A stretch of DNA of 64,000 nucleotides from Eledone cirrhosa (lineage: Eukaryota): NCBI GenBank assembly GCA_964016885.1, contig OZ024746.1, forward strand, positions 6,758,001 through 6,822,000. The letters are read 5' to 3'. Below are positions 26,401-39,639 of this stretch, piece by piece. Numbering within the stretch: position 1 is the first letter of the stretch; every line of letters begins with the position of its first letter. A program made the translations under genes and the position numbers. The notes under the pieces are model-generated. The model did no database searches. It was given only the letters and a program-made list of their open reading frames with translations, and had not been told where the DNA came from.

Positions 26401-26887
26401 CAACATGAAATCTAGTGACTGACTGATTCAAGAATGCAATACATCAATGGAAATCAAACTTATAACCTTATGATTGTGAGCTGAACAACCTAACCATTAT
26501 GTCATGTAGCTTCACATTGAGGGAAGGACAAAGTTGATGTACCTGACTGCTACTTTATTTTATCAAAGGCAAAGCTGACCCTGGCAGGATTTGAACCAAA
26601 ACTCTAAAGAGCTAAAACAAATAAAGGAAAGTATTTTCGCCAATGCTCTAACAATTCAACCAAGTCATTCTCCTATATAAAGAACTGTATCACTTTGTAA
26701 TACCTATTAGTAGCTGAAATCAATGAGAAAACCTCTACATGATGGCTCAACAGGCTAAAAAAAGCAGTCCTTCAAATCTCCTTCAAATCTAATTTCACCA
26801 CATTAAACGAAGACTGATATGTTAAATGAAGAAACTTTCTTGTCTCCGATCGAGACGAAGTGAGAGTATATTTGAATTTATAGAAAA

Positions 26888-27025
26888 ATGAGAAAAACTC
26901 ATCATTAGAACAGCTGTTAAAATAGCCAAATGTTGGCAATGACAGTGATGGGCAAGAATCTTTGGCCATCACTGTCATTGATAGCATTTGGTTGTTTTAA
27001 CTGTTCTAGGGATGTGTCTTCTCAT
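26888..27025. other. Long imperfect hairpin (fold-back; MITE- or pre-miRNA-like)
   Basis: Arms of about 65 bp around loop gcaagaatcttt. Core CAATGACAGTGATGG/CCATCACTGTCATTG is perfect. Confidence 0.65.
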
Positions 27026-27959
27026 CCAAAATCTATGTCGTTTTCTGACTAAACTTTATTTTCACTTGGTAGTAAACAATATCTATTTAGAACAAAGGAA
27101 GTCACAGCAAATAATAACAACAGCAAAACAAAAGAAATTAGGAATAATTTTCTTATTGATTTAGAGAAACACTAAAACATAAATGGATTTTCTTGAATAG
27201 GAATTTACATTAGGAATATCTCTTTGACAGCAACATATATCAACAGTCAGTTCTTCATTTTTAATTTCCTTCATTTGTGAGTTAAACAATTAAACTGTCA
27301 AAGAGTTGGTGAAGTGGAGATGATATACTTTAGATAGGAATGTGCAATACATTCAAATATTGGTGTTTCTTATGACAGCAAAACACACTTCAAAGACAAT
27401 AAATACAATTGCAATGAATATCATCTCAAATGTGTGATGCTGCAAGTGTGTGTGTGTATGTATGAGCATGTGTTAAATATATGTAGATGTTCATTTAAAA
27501 GAATTCTATGGCTTCACTCTATCTTAAATTAAATGTTAATACAACAGTATAAACTAAATGAAGATAAGACTTAAATACATTGAAAGTGTTTAATTTTTTG
27601 TAACTTCATGTTTATCAATTCTTACCAAAATTTGCTTATAATAATAATAATTGTTTCTACTTTTTGGCACAAGGCCAGCAATTATCCCAGTGTATTACTG
27701 GTACTTTATTTTATCAACCCCGTAAGGATGAAAGGCAAAGTTAACCTCGGCGAATAATAATAATAATAGCAAGTATTCTAAGAAGAGTGTTGGACAGTTG
27801 AAACAGAAGGAATGACCTAAATGACCTTTGACCATGGCTTGCTCTTTTGGTATAGGTTTGGTATAACATCTGCCAGAACAGAAGTGTTATGACTAATAAT
27901 GTAATGATGATGATGGTGATGATGGTGGGGATGGTGATCATTGTGATGATGATAATAGA

Positions 27960-28470
27960 GAGAAATGGAACAACCATCATCCAGATGCAGTAACAGGAGG
28001 CAAGAATATGACAATCCCATGGGAACTGACAGAAGAGATCAAGGCTAACAGAGCTGATATAATTATGAAGGACCATAAAAAGAAAACATGCTTCTTAATT
28101 GGCATGAGAATTCCATCAGATCATAACATCTCCAAGAAAGATTTCCGAAAGCTCAGTAAATATACGGAGCTGATAATTAAAACTGAGAAAATGTGGCATT
28201 TAAAACCTGTACAATAGCAGTGATAGACAGTGCAGTTGGAATGATGAATAAGGGAACTGAAAAATATTTGGATCAGGTACCTAGTAAGCCATTTCTGCAA
28301 GATATGCAGAAATTAGTGCTGACTGGCAACTCTCCATGTTCTGAGAAGGGATTCAACAATTTATGTAAATACCTTACATAGACAGTTGCCTTGATTATTA
28401 AATGTGTATTACCAAATCTTCCCTCAGGTGTCAGGTTGACACATGGTAAGATATGGGAAAGAAGGAAGTT
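27960..28470 (+). mobile_element. R4/Dong/NeSL-like LINE 3' relic (restriction-like endonuclease domain)
   Basis: IKANRADIIMKDHKKKTCFLIGMRIPSDHNISKKDFRKLSKY..L.I..EKMW.LK resembles the RPD...D..IP...K..KY RLE motif. Ends in (AAT)n. Confidence 0.75.
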
Positions 28471-28669
28471 TTAAATAATAATAATTGTTTCTACTTTTGG
28501 CACAAGGCCAGAAATTATCCCAGTGCATTACTGGGACTTTATTTTATCGACCCCATAAGGATAAAGGCAAAGTTAACCTCGGCGGGATTTGAACTCAGAT
28601 CATAAAGGCCCGTAACTCTATGCTGCAAAGCATGGCATCCTACTTTCTACCAATACTGCCAATCTCCCA

Positions 28670-28717
<48 letters not shown>

Positions 28718-29099
28718 TGTTTCTACTTTAGGCACAAGGCCAGTAATTTGAAGGGAAGGGAAAAGTCAATTAAATTGACCCCAGAACATTAATGGTACTT
28801 TATTTTATCAACCCCATAAGGATGAAAGACAAAGCTAATCTCAGCCAGATTTGAACTCAGAGTATAAAGGGTCATAACTGTATGCTAGGAAACATGTTGA
28901 TTAAATCAACCCCAGTACTTAACTGGTATTTTATTTTATTGACCTTGGAAGGATGAAAGGCAAAGTTAGCCTTGGTAGGGTTTGAACTCAGAATGTGAAG
29001 AACCAGAACAAATACCACAATGGTTTTTTTATCCAATGCTCTACCAATTCTGCCAATTCACCACCCTCTCTAATAATGACAACATCATCATCATAATTA

Positions 29100-29640
29100 T
29101 CATTTTACATTCGCTTTTCCCTGCTTGCAAGGGTGGGATGGGTCCTATTCAGCACAACATCTCTCCACTTGTCACGGTCCTTCGTCATCTCCTCCATGAG
29201 CTTCAGCGATCTGAGGTCTTCTCTCACCACCTCTGCCCATGTTTTTTCGTGGTCCTCCTCTACTGCGTCTTCCTTCTACTGGCATTTCTTGGCACTTCTT
29301 TACTCAGCGGTCATCCTCCATGCGCATCACATGTCCATACCATCGTAGTCTTCTCTCCCGCACACTACAACTTATCCTTCTTATACACAGTTTCTCTCTC
29401 AACACATCCATGCTTGGTCATTCACGTACATTGACATTGCACATCCAAAGGAGCATGCTTGCTTCATTTCTCTCCAGCCATCACATATCCTCTGCAGTTG
29501 CTGCCCATGTCTCACTACCATGCAGCATCACGCATCTCCCACAGGCATCATATAACCGGCCTTTCGTTCATAGAGAGAAACCCTTCATCAGCAGAGGAAG
29601 CAGCTCCCTAAACTTCTTCCAACCCGTCCATATTCTAGAT
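29100..29640 (-). mobile_element. RTE 3' fragment (short-tail subfamily)
   Basis: Reverse complement of the RTE C-terminus (GWKKFREL...RRLRWYGHVMRM) and tail. Confidence 0.85.
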
Positions 29641-29987
29641 TCTATGTCAATTTCAATTACATTGTCATAGTTTTACTATTTTTAGTTTAGTATTTGACAA
29701 ATGTTAAGTCTACTTAAACTGGAGAGGAGATGGGTGTGACCAGGTTTGAAACTACCCTAGAAACACTGTATGTCAGTATGTCACCCCTACAACACCCTCA
29801 GGAGTTACGGCACCACACATACAAGTCTACTTAATGAGTTTCCTTCCCTTTCATCAAAAAATGTGCAATTATCAACAATAAACGAAACCCTTCTGCAGCA
29901 CTATACAAAAATATTGTTTCATTTATGGATTTGTTTCAATACTAACAATATTTGTGACATCAGCAACTGAAAAGTAACTATATATAT

Positions 29988-30468
29988 ATAAGCTATATAC
30001 TTTACTACCATATAAGCTATATACTTTACTACCATATAAGCTATATACTTTACTACCATATAAGCTATATACTTTACTACCATATAAGCTATATACTTTA
30101 CTACCATATAAGCTATATACTTTACTACTGTATAAGCTATATACTTTACTACTGTATAAGCTATATACTTTACTACCATATAAGCTATATACTTTACTAC
30201 CATATAAGGCTTATACGGTAGTAAAGTATATAGCTTATATGGTAGTAAAGTATATAGCTTATATGGTAGTAAAGTATATAGCTTATACTATAAGCTATAT
30301 ACTTTACTACCATATAAGTTATATACTTTACTACCATATAAGTTATATACTTTACTACCATATAAGCTATAAACTTTACTACCATATAAGCTATATACTT
30401 TACTACTGTATAAGCTATATACTTTACTACTGTATAAGCTATATACTTTACTACCATATAAGCTATAT
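29988..30468. repeat. 24-bp minisatellite TAAGCTATATACTTTACTACCATA with an internal inverted block (30209-30287)
   Basis: About 9 forward units, about 3 reversed units, then about 7 forward units. Confidence 0.92.
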
Positions 30469-30828
30469 TTTGAAGGATTTACAAGAATTTTGAAGGATTT
30501 ACAAGAATTATTAATTATTTCATTACTAAGATAGTAACTTAATGTAACATTCTTACACAAAATTGTTAGATTTTAATTTAAATTAGAAACTTTTAAAATG
30601 GCTGGTTTTATTTCATAGGGCCAGGGGTAGTTTTGATCAGGTTGGTAACTAAAGGGTTAACAATTATGTTGGTAAGCTTCCCTTTATTGGAAGAACAGTG
30701 TATTAATGGCAATGTGGTTAAGGGGTTCACTTTGTAAACTGATGGTTCTAGGTTGACCATTGCCTTGTGAGTAGAATTTGCTGGACACAAACTGCAGAAA
30801 TTCATCAAATTTCTCTCTCTTTCTCCAT

Positions 30829-30886
<58 letters not shown>

Positions 30887-31180
30887 ATGTGCGTGTGTAT
30901 ACGTGTTCATGCTTGGGTTTGATAAACTTTCTTAAAGACTCCAATTGCACTTTCAACTTCTTTTTCATATATATATGTGTGTGTGTATGTAGATCACGAG
31001 TTAAATCGGAGGTAACCACAGTATATAAGGTACTCAATACATTAGTAGAATGTGGCCATCAATATTTAATATAGAAATGGCTTCTACAGGACTAGAACTG
31101 TTTCATTCCTATGAAATAATTGATGATTTCATACAAATTAAACAGTTCTAATCCTGTAGAAGCCATACTTGCAATACTTG

Positions 31181-31272
<92 letters not shown>

Positions 31273-31461
31273 GAGGGAGAGAGAGATATGACTAAAGAAA
31301 TGTTTTAGCCTGATAGTGTGGATTAGAACCCTCTAAGAAATAGAAAAAAATGTGTATTGATGTACGTGTACGTCAATACTCATCTTTTTCCATTTCCAGT
31401 CAAAAAATACGGCGAAAGCTTCTATTTCTAATTTCAAGCTCACTCGCTGTTTCAAAACATA

Positions 31462-31519
<58 letters not shown>

Positions 31520-31522
<3 letters not shown>

Positions 31523-32391
31523 ACATAGAAAATGTAGGAGTCCCACATGCATATAAAATCAGTTAAACACAGTCAATTGCTATAATTAATAGTTTAGAAA
31601 ATTGGGTAAAATACCCCTATCGATGGAAAAAAGTAGCCAGCAGCCGCTAAAAAGAATTGAATTCCGTATCCCTCAAGATCCAGCTGAGTGCTCTAACCAT
31701 TGAGCTGAGGACCTCAGACAACAATTTCTGTCTAGATTAGATAGCTAAATAGAACAACTATTGGATGTACACAACAATCTATGCCAAGTATTGAACTATT
31801 GGAGCTCAGGGTAGTTATGAAGTACACACACACAGTAGCAACATTTTCGAAGCTCTGGGTAGTTATGAAGTTCATAAGAAATGTAGGAGTCCGACAAACA
31901 AAAGCTGTAAACACAGTCGATTACTATATATAATAGCTTAGAAAATCAGGTAAAATACCCCTTTCATTCTTCATAGTGTCCACCTGCTTCCATCCGTAGA
32001 AGTAGTTGACCCAATTTTATAAGTTATTATTTATAGCTATCAACTGTGTTTATAGATATTTCCTGAGTCTGGGACTCCTAAATTTTCTATAAACTTCATA
32101 ACTACTCCGAGCTCCAATAGTTCAATACTTGGCATAGATTGTTGTGTACATCCAATAGTTGTTCTATTTAGCTATCTAATCTAGGCAGAAATTGTCGTCT
32201 GAGGTCCTTCAGCTCTAAAGCACTCAGCTGGATCTTGAGGGATGCGGAATTCAATTCTTTGTAGCGGCTGCTGGCTACTTTTTTCCATCGATAGGGGTAT
32301 TTTACCCAATTTTCTAAACTATTAATTTTAGCAATTGACTGTGTTTAACAGTGATTTTATATGCATGTGGGACTCCTACATTTTCTATGAA
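31520..32391. repeat. Long inverted repeat (about 300-bp arms) containing a tRNA-like A/B-box segment
   Basis: 31520-31823 versus the reverse complement of 32093-32391, with internal partial copies. Flanked by (TA)n/(CA)n. Confidence 0.8.
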
Positions 32392-32419
32392 TACACACAC
32401 ACACACACACATATGTATA

Positions 32420-32645
32420 TATACATACATATATACAAACAAGAGGGTGTAGGACAGAACAAAGAAGAAACACAAAATAACAATTTAGTCACTGAGGAGG
32501 TCACAGAATGTGTGACAAAAGAGCTTTGACAATAAATAAACAACCATCTGGTTATCAAACCAACCAGAAATTTGTAATAAATTGGAGTGAAAACCAACAG
32601 GTGCATGTGTTTTTTATTGGCAGCATGACCCTCCCAAAGTATAAC
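32420..32645 (+). mobile_element. Penelope-like pLTR copy (same family as 18940-19150) with a mutated hammerhead (G12A at 32517)
   Basis: Reverse-complement homology to 18940-19150. GTCA-CTGAGGA-G-GTCACA..TGTGAC-AAAA-GAGC-TT-TGAC. Confidence 0.8.
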
Positions 32646-32646
32646 A

Positions 32647-32671
<25 letters not shown>

Positions 32672-32677
<6 letters not shown>

Positions 32678-32996
32678 AATGAAGTAATTCCATCGGAAAA
32701 GTCCAGGAAAAAAGAGTGCTCTATGTATGCAACAGAGCTTAATTATTATTATTATGTAATAAACAACATAAGGCAATAATTCCATTTACCAGTGGTTTCT
32801 TAAAAGCAAAAGGTTTTGCTTTCAATCCTCAGAATGGGAAAAAACTGGTTTGTTTATTGAATTTGGATTACAAACCCAAAAATACAATCTATATGAAAGT
32901 GAGGCTGGAGAAGGGAGAAGGAAAGGAAAAATAAAATTAAATTAAACGACGCATGCAAACACACACACAAAAACCCAAAAGCATACTTACACACAC

Positions 32997-33058
<62 letters not shown>

Positions 33059-33163
33059 ACGCATACACACATACACATACACACATTTGAAAGCAAAACC
33101 TTTTGCTTTTAAGAAACCACTGGTAAATGGAATAATTGCCTTATGTTGTTTATTACATAATAA
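32672..33163. mobile_element. Second copy of the palindrome-forming hammerhead element, with a partial inverted arm (33087-33163)
   Basis: 32680-32870 is homologous to 20625-20810. The inverted arm lacks the CTGAGGA core. Confidence 0.8.
32780..32839 (-). ncRNA. Type-I hammerhead ribozyme motif
   Basis: CCATT-CTGAGGA-TTGAAAGCAAAA(CC)TTTTGCTTTTAA-GAAA-CC(ACT)GG-TA-AATGG. Confidence 0.75.
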
Positions 33164-33165
33164 TA

Positions 33166-33198
<33 letters not shown>

Positions 33199-34139
33199 CA
33201 CACACACATATATATATATATGATCAGAGGTAAAAAGAAAGAAAACAAAATACAGAAAACATACAGACTTTTTGAAATGAAATCTTCTCATCTATGCTTA
33301 GATTTCATTTTTCTCACTTTCTCACCAATCCTTCCCACCACATTAGTAACAAACCCTTCCAGTCATTTTGGATCATATCTCACTTTCTATCACCTAGAAG
33401 AACCTCGTTTCAATTTATTGCTTTATAAATATCTTCGCCTTCAAACTGTTGTACCTTTTTAATAATAATTCTCCTAGGATTGCTCTGGATCTGTGATACA
33501 AGATTACCCACTTTGTATCTAGATTAAAACTTTCCAAAATAATTCTATTTAAAAACCTAATGAAAATTTATGATCTAAGTGCCAGCTTTATATAGAAATA
33601 TATGCAAAAAATAATTAATCGCCCAAAATTCTTGATTATTTTCAAAATAATTGAAGAGACTCGGTGCATTTCATTAGAAAAATTGTCACAAAATGATTAA
33701 ACACCTACCATCATGCATTGAAAACTATCAAGTCAGTTCATCTTTCTCTGATGTAATCTTTATTGATAATATCAATAGTTACAACCCACTTCTTTCCAAC
33801 TCAGCTTGGTAATTCTAGATTGATTACTCAGAGAAGTAAATATTTTTCTCATCCACGGGAGACATATTTATCATCCCCAAAAGAAAATCTACATTGTGAT
33901 CCTTCACATCCCTTTTGTTACCAAATCTTATAACCACAAAACTGTAAAGAAGTTTCTAACAAGCTACACTACTTCTGCAAAAACAATAATTACAGCCAAC
34001 AGCATCGCAACAAAATCACCCAACCAGATGGCATTTATTTCCAAATAATATTCGTTCAAGAGGACAATTCAAAGATGTCTTATCCTCACATAATAGTTGT
34101 GATTATACATTGTACCAATTTGTGTATCTTTATCAATTT

Positions 34140-34415
34140 TGTGGTAAGGGTGTTGGACTGACAATCATAATGTCATAGGTGTGATTCCTGGGCTGGGTTG
34201 TGTGTGGAGTTCTTGAACAAAACACTTCATTTCATATTGCTCCAGTATACTCAGCTGAAAATGAGTACCAGCAATAGTTAGGAGTTTAACACTGTGATGG
34301 ACTGGAATCCTGTCTAGAGGGGGGGGGGGGGGGGGGTCTTGTATTCTCAGTTACTTAACACCGTGAAACAAGTACCAGCCTAACGAGCCTTCAGGCTTGA
34401 GACTGACATTAGACT
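34140..34415 (+). mobile_element. tRNA/CORE-like SINE family C (second copy about 62150-62405; head-only copy 2560-2646 on minus)
   Basis: GTGGTAAGGGTGTTGGACT head, TTCTTGAACAAAACACTT, GATGGACTGG..TCCTGTC body. Confidence 0.7.
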
Positions 34416-34584
34416 TATCAACTTAGGAAGTGACAGCTGTGATCTATAATGTCAGATTCATATAAAGTCTCTTGTGTTACTTGTGGTCATTTGTCAGTGA
34501 AGAAAGAATCATCTTCTTTAGCATAAGAATCCTCCCAGTTCTAATTCTTACTCCAACTATTGTTTCATTTACAATCACTGATTA

Positions 34585-37500
34585 TGTCACCATCACCACT
34601 ACAGACTATATATTACTGTCACCATCACCACTACAGACTATATATTACTGTCACCATCACCACTACAGACTATATATTACTGTCACCATCACCACTACAG
34701 ACTATATATTACTGTCACCACCACTGTCACAGACTATATATTACTGTCACCATCACCACTACAGACTATATATTACTGTCACCATCACCACTACAGACTA
34801 TATATTACTGTCACCACCACTGTCACAGACTATATATTACTGTCACCATCACCACTACAGACTATATATTACTGTCACCATCACTGTCACAGACTATATA
34901 TTACTGTCACCATCACCACTACAGACTATATATTACTGTCACCATCACCACTACAGACTATATATTACTGTCACCATCACCACTACAGACTATATATTAC
35001 TGTCACCATCACCACTACAAACTATATATTACTGTCACCATCACTGTCACAGACTATATATTACTGTCACCATCACCACTACAAACTATATATTACTGTC
35101 ACCATCACCACTACAGACTATATATTACTGTCACCATCACCACTACAGACTATATATTACTGTCACCACCACTGTCACAGACTATATATTACTGTCACCA
35201 TCACCACTACAGACTATATATTACTGTCACCATCACTGTCACAGACTATATATTACTGTCACCATCACCACTACAGACTATATATTACTGTCACCATCAC
35301 CACTACAGACTATATATTACTGTCACCATCACCACTACAGACTATATATTACTGTCACCATCACCACTACAAACTATATATTACTGTCACCATCACTGTC
35401 ACAGACTATATATTACTGTCACCATCACCACTACAAACTATATATTACTGTCACCATCACCACTACAGACTATATATTACTGTCACCATCACCACTACAG
35501 ACTATATATTACTGTCACCACCACTGTCACAGACTATATATTACTGTCACCATCACCACTACAGACTATATATTACTGTCACCATCACCACTACAGACTA
35601 TATATTACTGTCACCATCACCACTACAGACTATATATTACTGTCACCATCACTGTCACAAACTATATATTACTGTCACCATCACCACTACAGACTATATA
35701 TTACTGTCATCACCACTGTCACAGACTATATATTACTGTCACCATCACTGTCACAGACTATATATTACTGTCACCATCACTGTCACAGACTATATATTAC
35801 TGTCACCATCACTGTCACAGACTATATATTACTGTCACCATCACTGTCACAGACTATATATTACTGTCATCACCACTGTCACAGACTATATATTACTGTC
35901 ACCATCACTGTCACAGACTATATATTACTGTCACCACCACTGTCACAGACTATATATTACTGTCACCATCACCACTACAAACTATATATTACTGTCACCA
36001 TCACCACTACAGACTATATATTACTGTCACCACCACTGTCACAGACTATATATTACTGTCACCATCACCACTACAGACTATATATTACTGTCACCATCAC
36101 CACTACAGACTATATATTACTGTCACCACCACTGTCACAGACTATATATTACTGTCACCATCACCACTACAGACTATATATTACTGTCATCACCACTACA
36201 AACTATTTATTACTGTCACCATCACCACTACAGACTATATATTACTGTCACCATTACCACTACAGACTATATATTACTGTCACCACCACTGTCACAGACT
36301 ATATATTACTGTCACCATCACCACTACAAACTATATATTACTGTCACCATCACCACTACAGACTATATATTACTGTCACCACCACTGTCACAGACTATAT
36401 ATTACTGTCACCATCACCACTACAAACTATATATTACTGTCACCATCACCACTACAGACTATATATTACTGTCACCACCACTGTCACAGACTATATATTA
36501 CTGTCACCATCACCACTACAGACTATATATTACTGTCACCATCACTGTCACAGACTATATATTACTGTCACCATCACCACTACAGACTATATATTACTGT
36601 CACCATCACCACTACAGACTATATATTACTGTCACCATCACCACTACAAACTATATATTACTGTCACCATCACCACTACAGACTATATATTACTGTCACC
36701 ATCACTGTCACAGACTATATATTACTGTCACCATCACCACTACAGACTATATATTACTGTCACCATCACCACTATAGACTATATATTACTGTCACCACCA
36801 CTGTCACAGACTATATATTACTGTCACCATCACCACTACAAACTATATATTACTGTCACCATCACCACTACAGACTATATATTACTGTCACCACCACTGT
36901 CACAGACTATATATTACTGTCACCATCACCACTACAGACTATATATTACTGTCACCATCACTGTCACAGACTATATATTACTGTCACCATCACCACTACA
37001 GACTATATATTACTGTCACCATCACCACTACAGACTATATATTACTGTCACCATCACCACTACAAACTATATATTACTGTCACCATCACCACTACAGACT
37101 ATATATTACTGTCACCATCACTGTCACAGACTATATATTACTGTCACCATCACCACTACAGACTATATATTACTGTCACCATCACCACTACAGACTATAT
37201 ATTACTGTCACCATCACTGTCACAGACTATATATTACTGTCACCATCACCACTACAGACTATATATTACTGTCACCATCACCACTACAGACTATATATTA
37301 CTGTCACCATCACCACTACAGACTATATATTACTGTCACCATCACTGTCACAGACTATATATTACTGTCACCATCACCACTACAAACTATATATTACTGT
37401 CACCATCACCACTACAGACTATATATTACTGTCACCATCACCACTACAGACTATATATTACTGTCACCATCACTGTCACAGACTATATATTACTGTCACC

Positions 37501-39639
37501 ATCACCACTACAGACTATATATTACTGTCACCATCACTGTCACAGACTATATATTACTGTCACCATCACTGTCACAGACTATATATTACTGTCACCATCA
37601 CCACTACAGACTATATATTACTGTCACCATCACCACTACAGACTATATATTACTGTCACCATCACTGTCACAGACTATATATTACTGTCACCATCACCAC
37701 TACAGACTATATATTACTGTCACCATCACTGTCACAGACTATATATTACTGTCACCATCACCACTACAGACTATATATTACTGTCACCATCACTGTCACA
37801 GACTATATATTACTGTCACCATCACTGTCACAGACTATATATTACTGTCACCATCACCACTACAGACTATATATTACTGTCACCATCACCACTACAAACT
37901 ATATATTACTGTCACCATCACCACTACAAACTATATATTACTGTCACCATCACCACTACAGACTATATATTACTGTCACCATCACTGTCACAGACTATAT
38001 ATTACTGTCACCATCACCACTACAGACTATATATTACTGTCACCATCACCACTACAGACTATATATTACTGTCACCATCACTGTCACAGACTATATATTA
38101 CTGTCACCATCACCACTACAGACTATATATTACTGTCACCATCACTGTCACAGACTATATATTACTGTCACCATCACCACTACAGACTATATATTACTGT
38201 CACCATCACCACTACAGACTATATATTACTGTCACCACCACTGTCACAGACTATATATTACTGTCACCATCACCACTGTCACAGACTATATATTACTGTC
38301 ACCATCACCACTACAAACTATTTATTACTGTCACCATCACCACTACAGACTATATATTACTGTCACCATCACCACTACAGACTATATATTACTGTCACCA
38401 TCACCACTACAAACTATATATTACTGTCACCATCACCACTACAGACTATATATTACTGTCACCACCACTGTCACAGACTATATATTACTGTCACCATCAC
38501 CACTACAGACTATATATTACTGTCACCATCACCACTACAGACTATATATTACTGTCACCATCACTGTCACAGACTATATATTACTGTCACCATCACCACT
38601 ACAGACTATATATTACTGTCACCATCACTGTCACAGACTATATATTACTGTCACCATCACTGTCACAAACTATATATTACTGTCACCATCACTGTCACAA
38701 ACTATATATTACTGTCACCATCACCACTACAGACTATATATTACTGTCACCATCACCACTACAAACTATATATTACTGTCACCATCACCACTACAGACTA
38801 TATATTACTGTCACCATCACCACTACAGACTATATATTACTGTCACCACCACTGTCACAGACTATATATTACTGTCACCATCACCACTACAGACTATATA
38901 TTACTGTCACCATCACCACTACAGACTATATATTACTGTCACCATCACCACTACAAACTATATATTACTGTCACCATCACCACTACAGACTATATATTAC
39001 TGTCACCATCACCACTACAGACTATATATTACTGTCACCATCACCACTACAGACTATATATTACTGTCACCATCACCACTACAGACTATATATTACTGTC
39101 ACCACCACTGTCACAGACTATATATTACTGTCACCATCACCACTACAGACTATATATTACTGTCACCATCACCACTACAGACTATATATTACTGTCACCA
39201 CCACTGTCACAGACTATATATTACTGTCACCATCACCACTACAGACTATATATTACTGTCACCATCACTGTCACAGACTATATATTACTGTCACCATCAC
39301 CACTACAGACTATATATTACTGTCACCATCACCACTACAGACTATATATTACTGTCACCATCACTGTCACAGACTATATATTACTGTCACCATCACCACT
39401 ACAGACTATATATTACTGTCACCATCACTGTCACAGACTATATATTACTGTCACCATCACCACTACAGACTATATATTACTGTCACCATCACCACTACAG
39501 ACTATATATTACTGTCACCATCACCACTACAGACTATATATTACTGTCACCATCACTGTCACAGACTATATATTACTGTCACCATCACCACTACAGACTA
39601 TATATTACTGTCACCATCACTGTCACAGACTATATATTA
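34585..39639. repeat. 32-bp minisatellite (CAGACTATATATTACTGTCACCATCACCACTA and variants), about 158 units, 5 kb
   Basis: Direct tandem repetition. The 32-aa periodicity of the spurious ORFs equals 3 units. Confidence 0.97.

Noticed and set aside
33700-34130. Possible piggyBac transposase relic on minus (also Cys-rich 21700-21830)
   Set aside because: Only faint motif resemblance with many stops; cannot be supported without a profile search.
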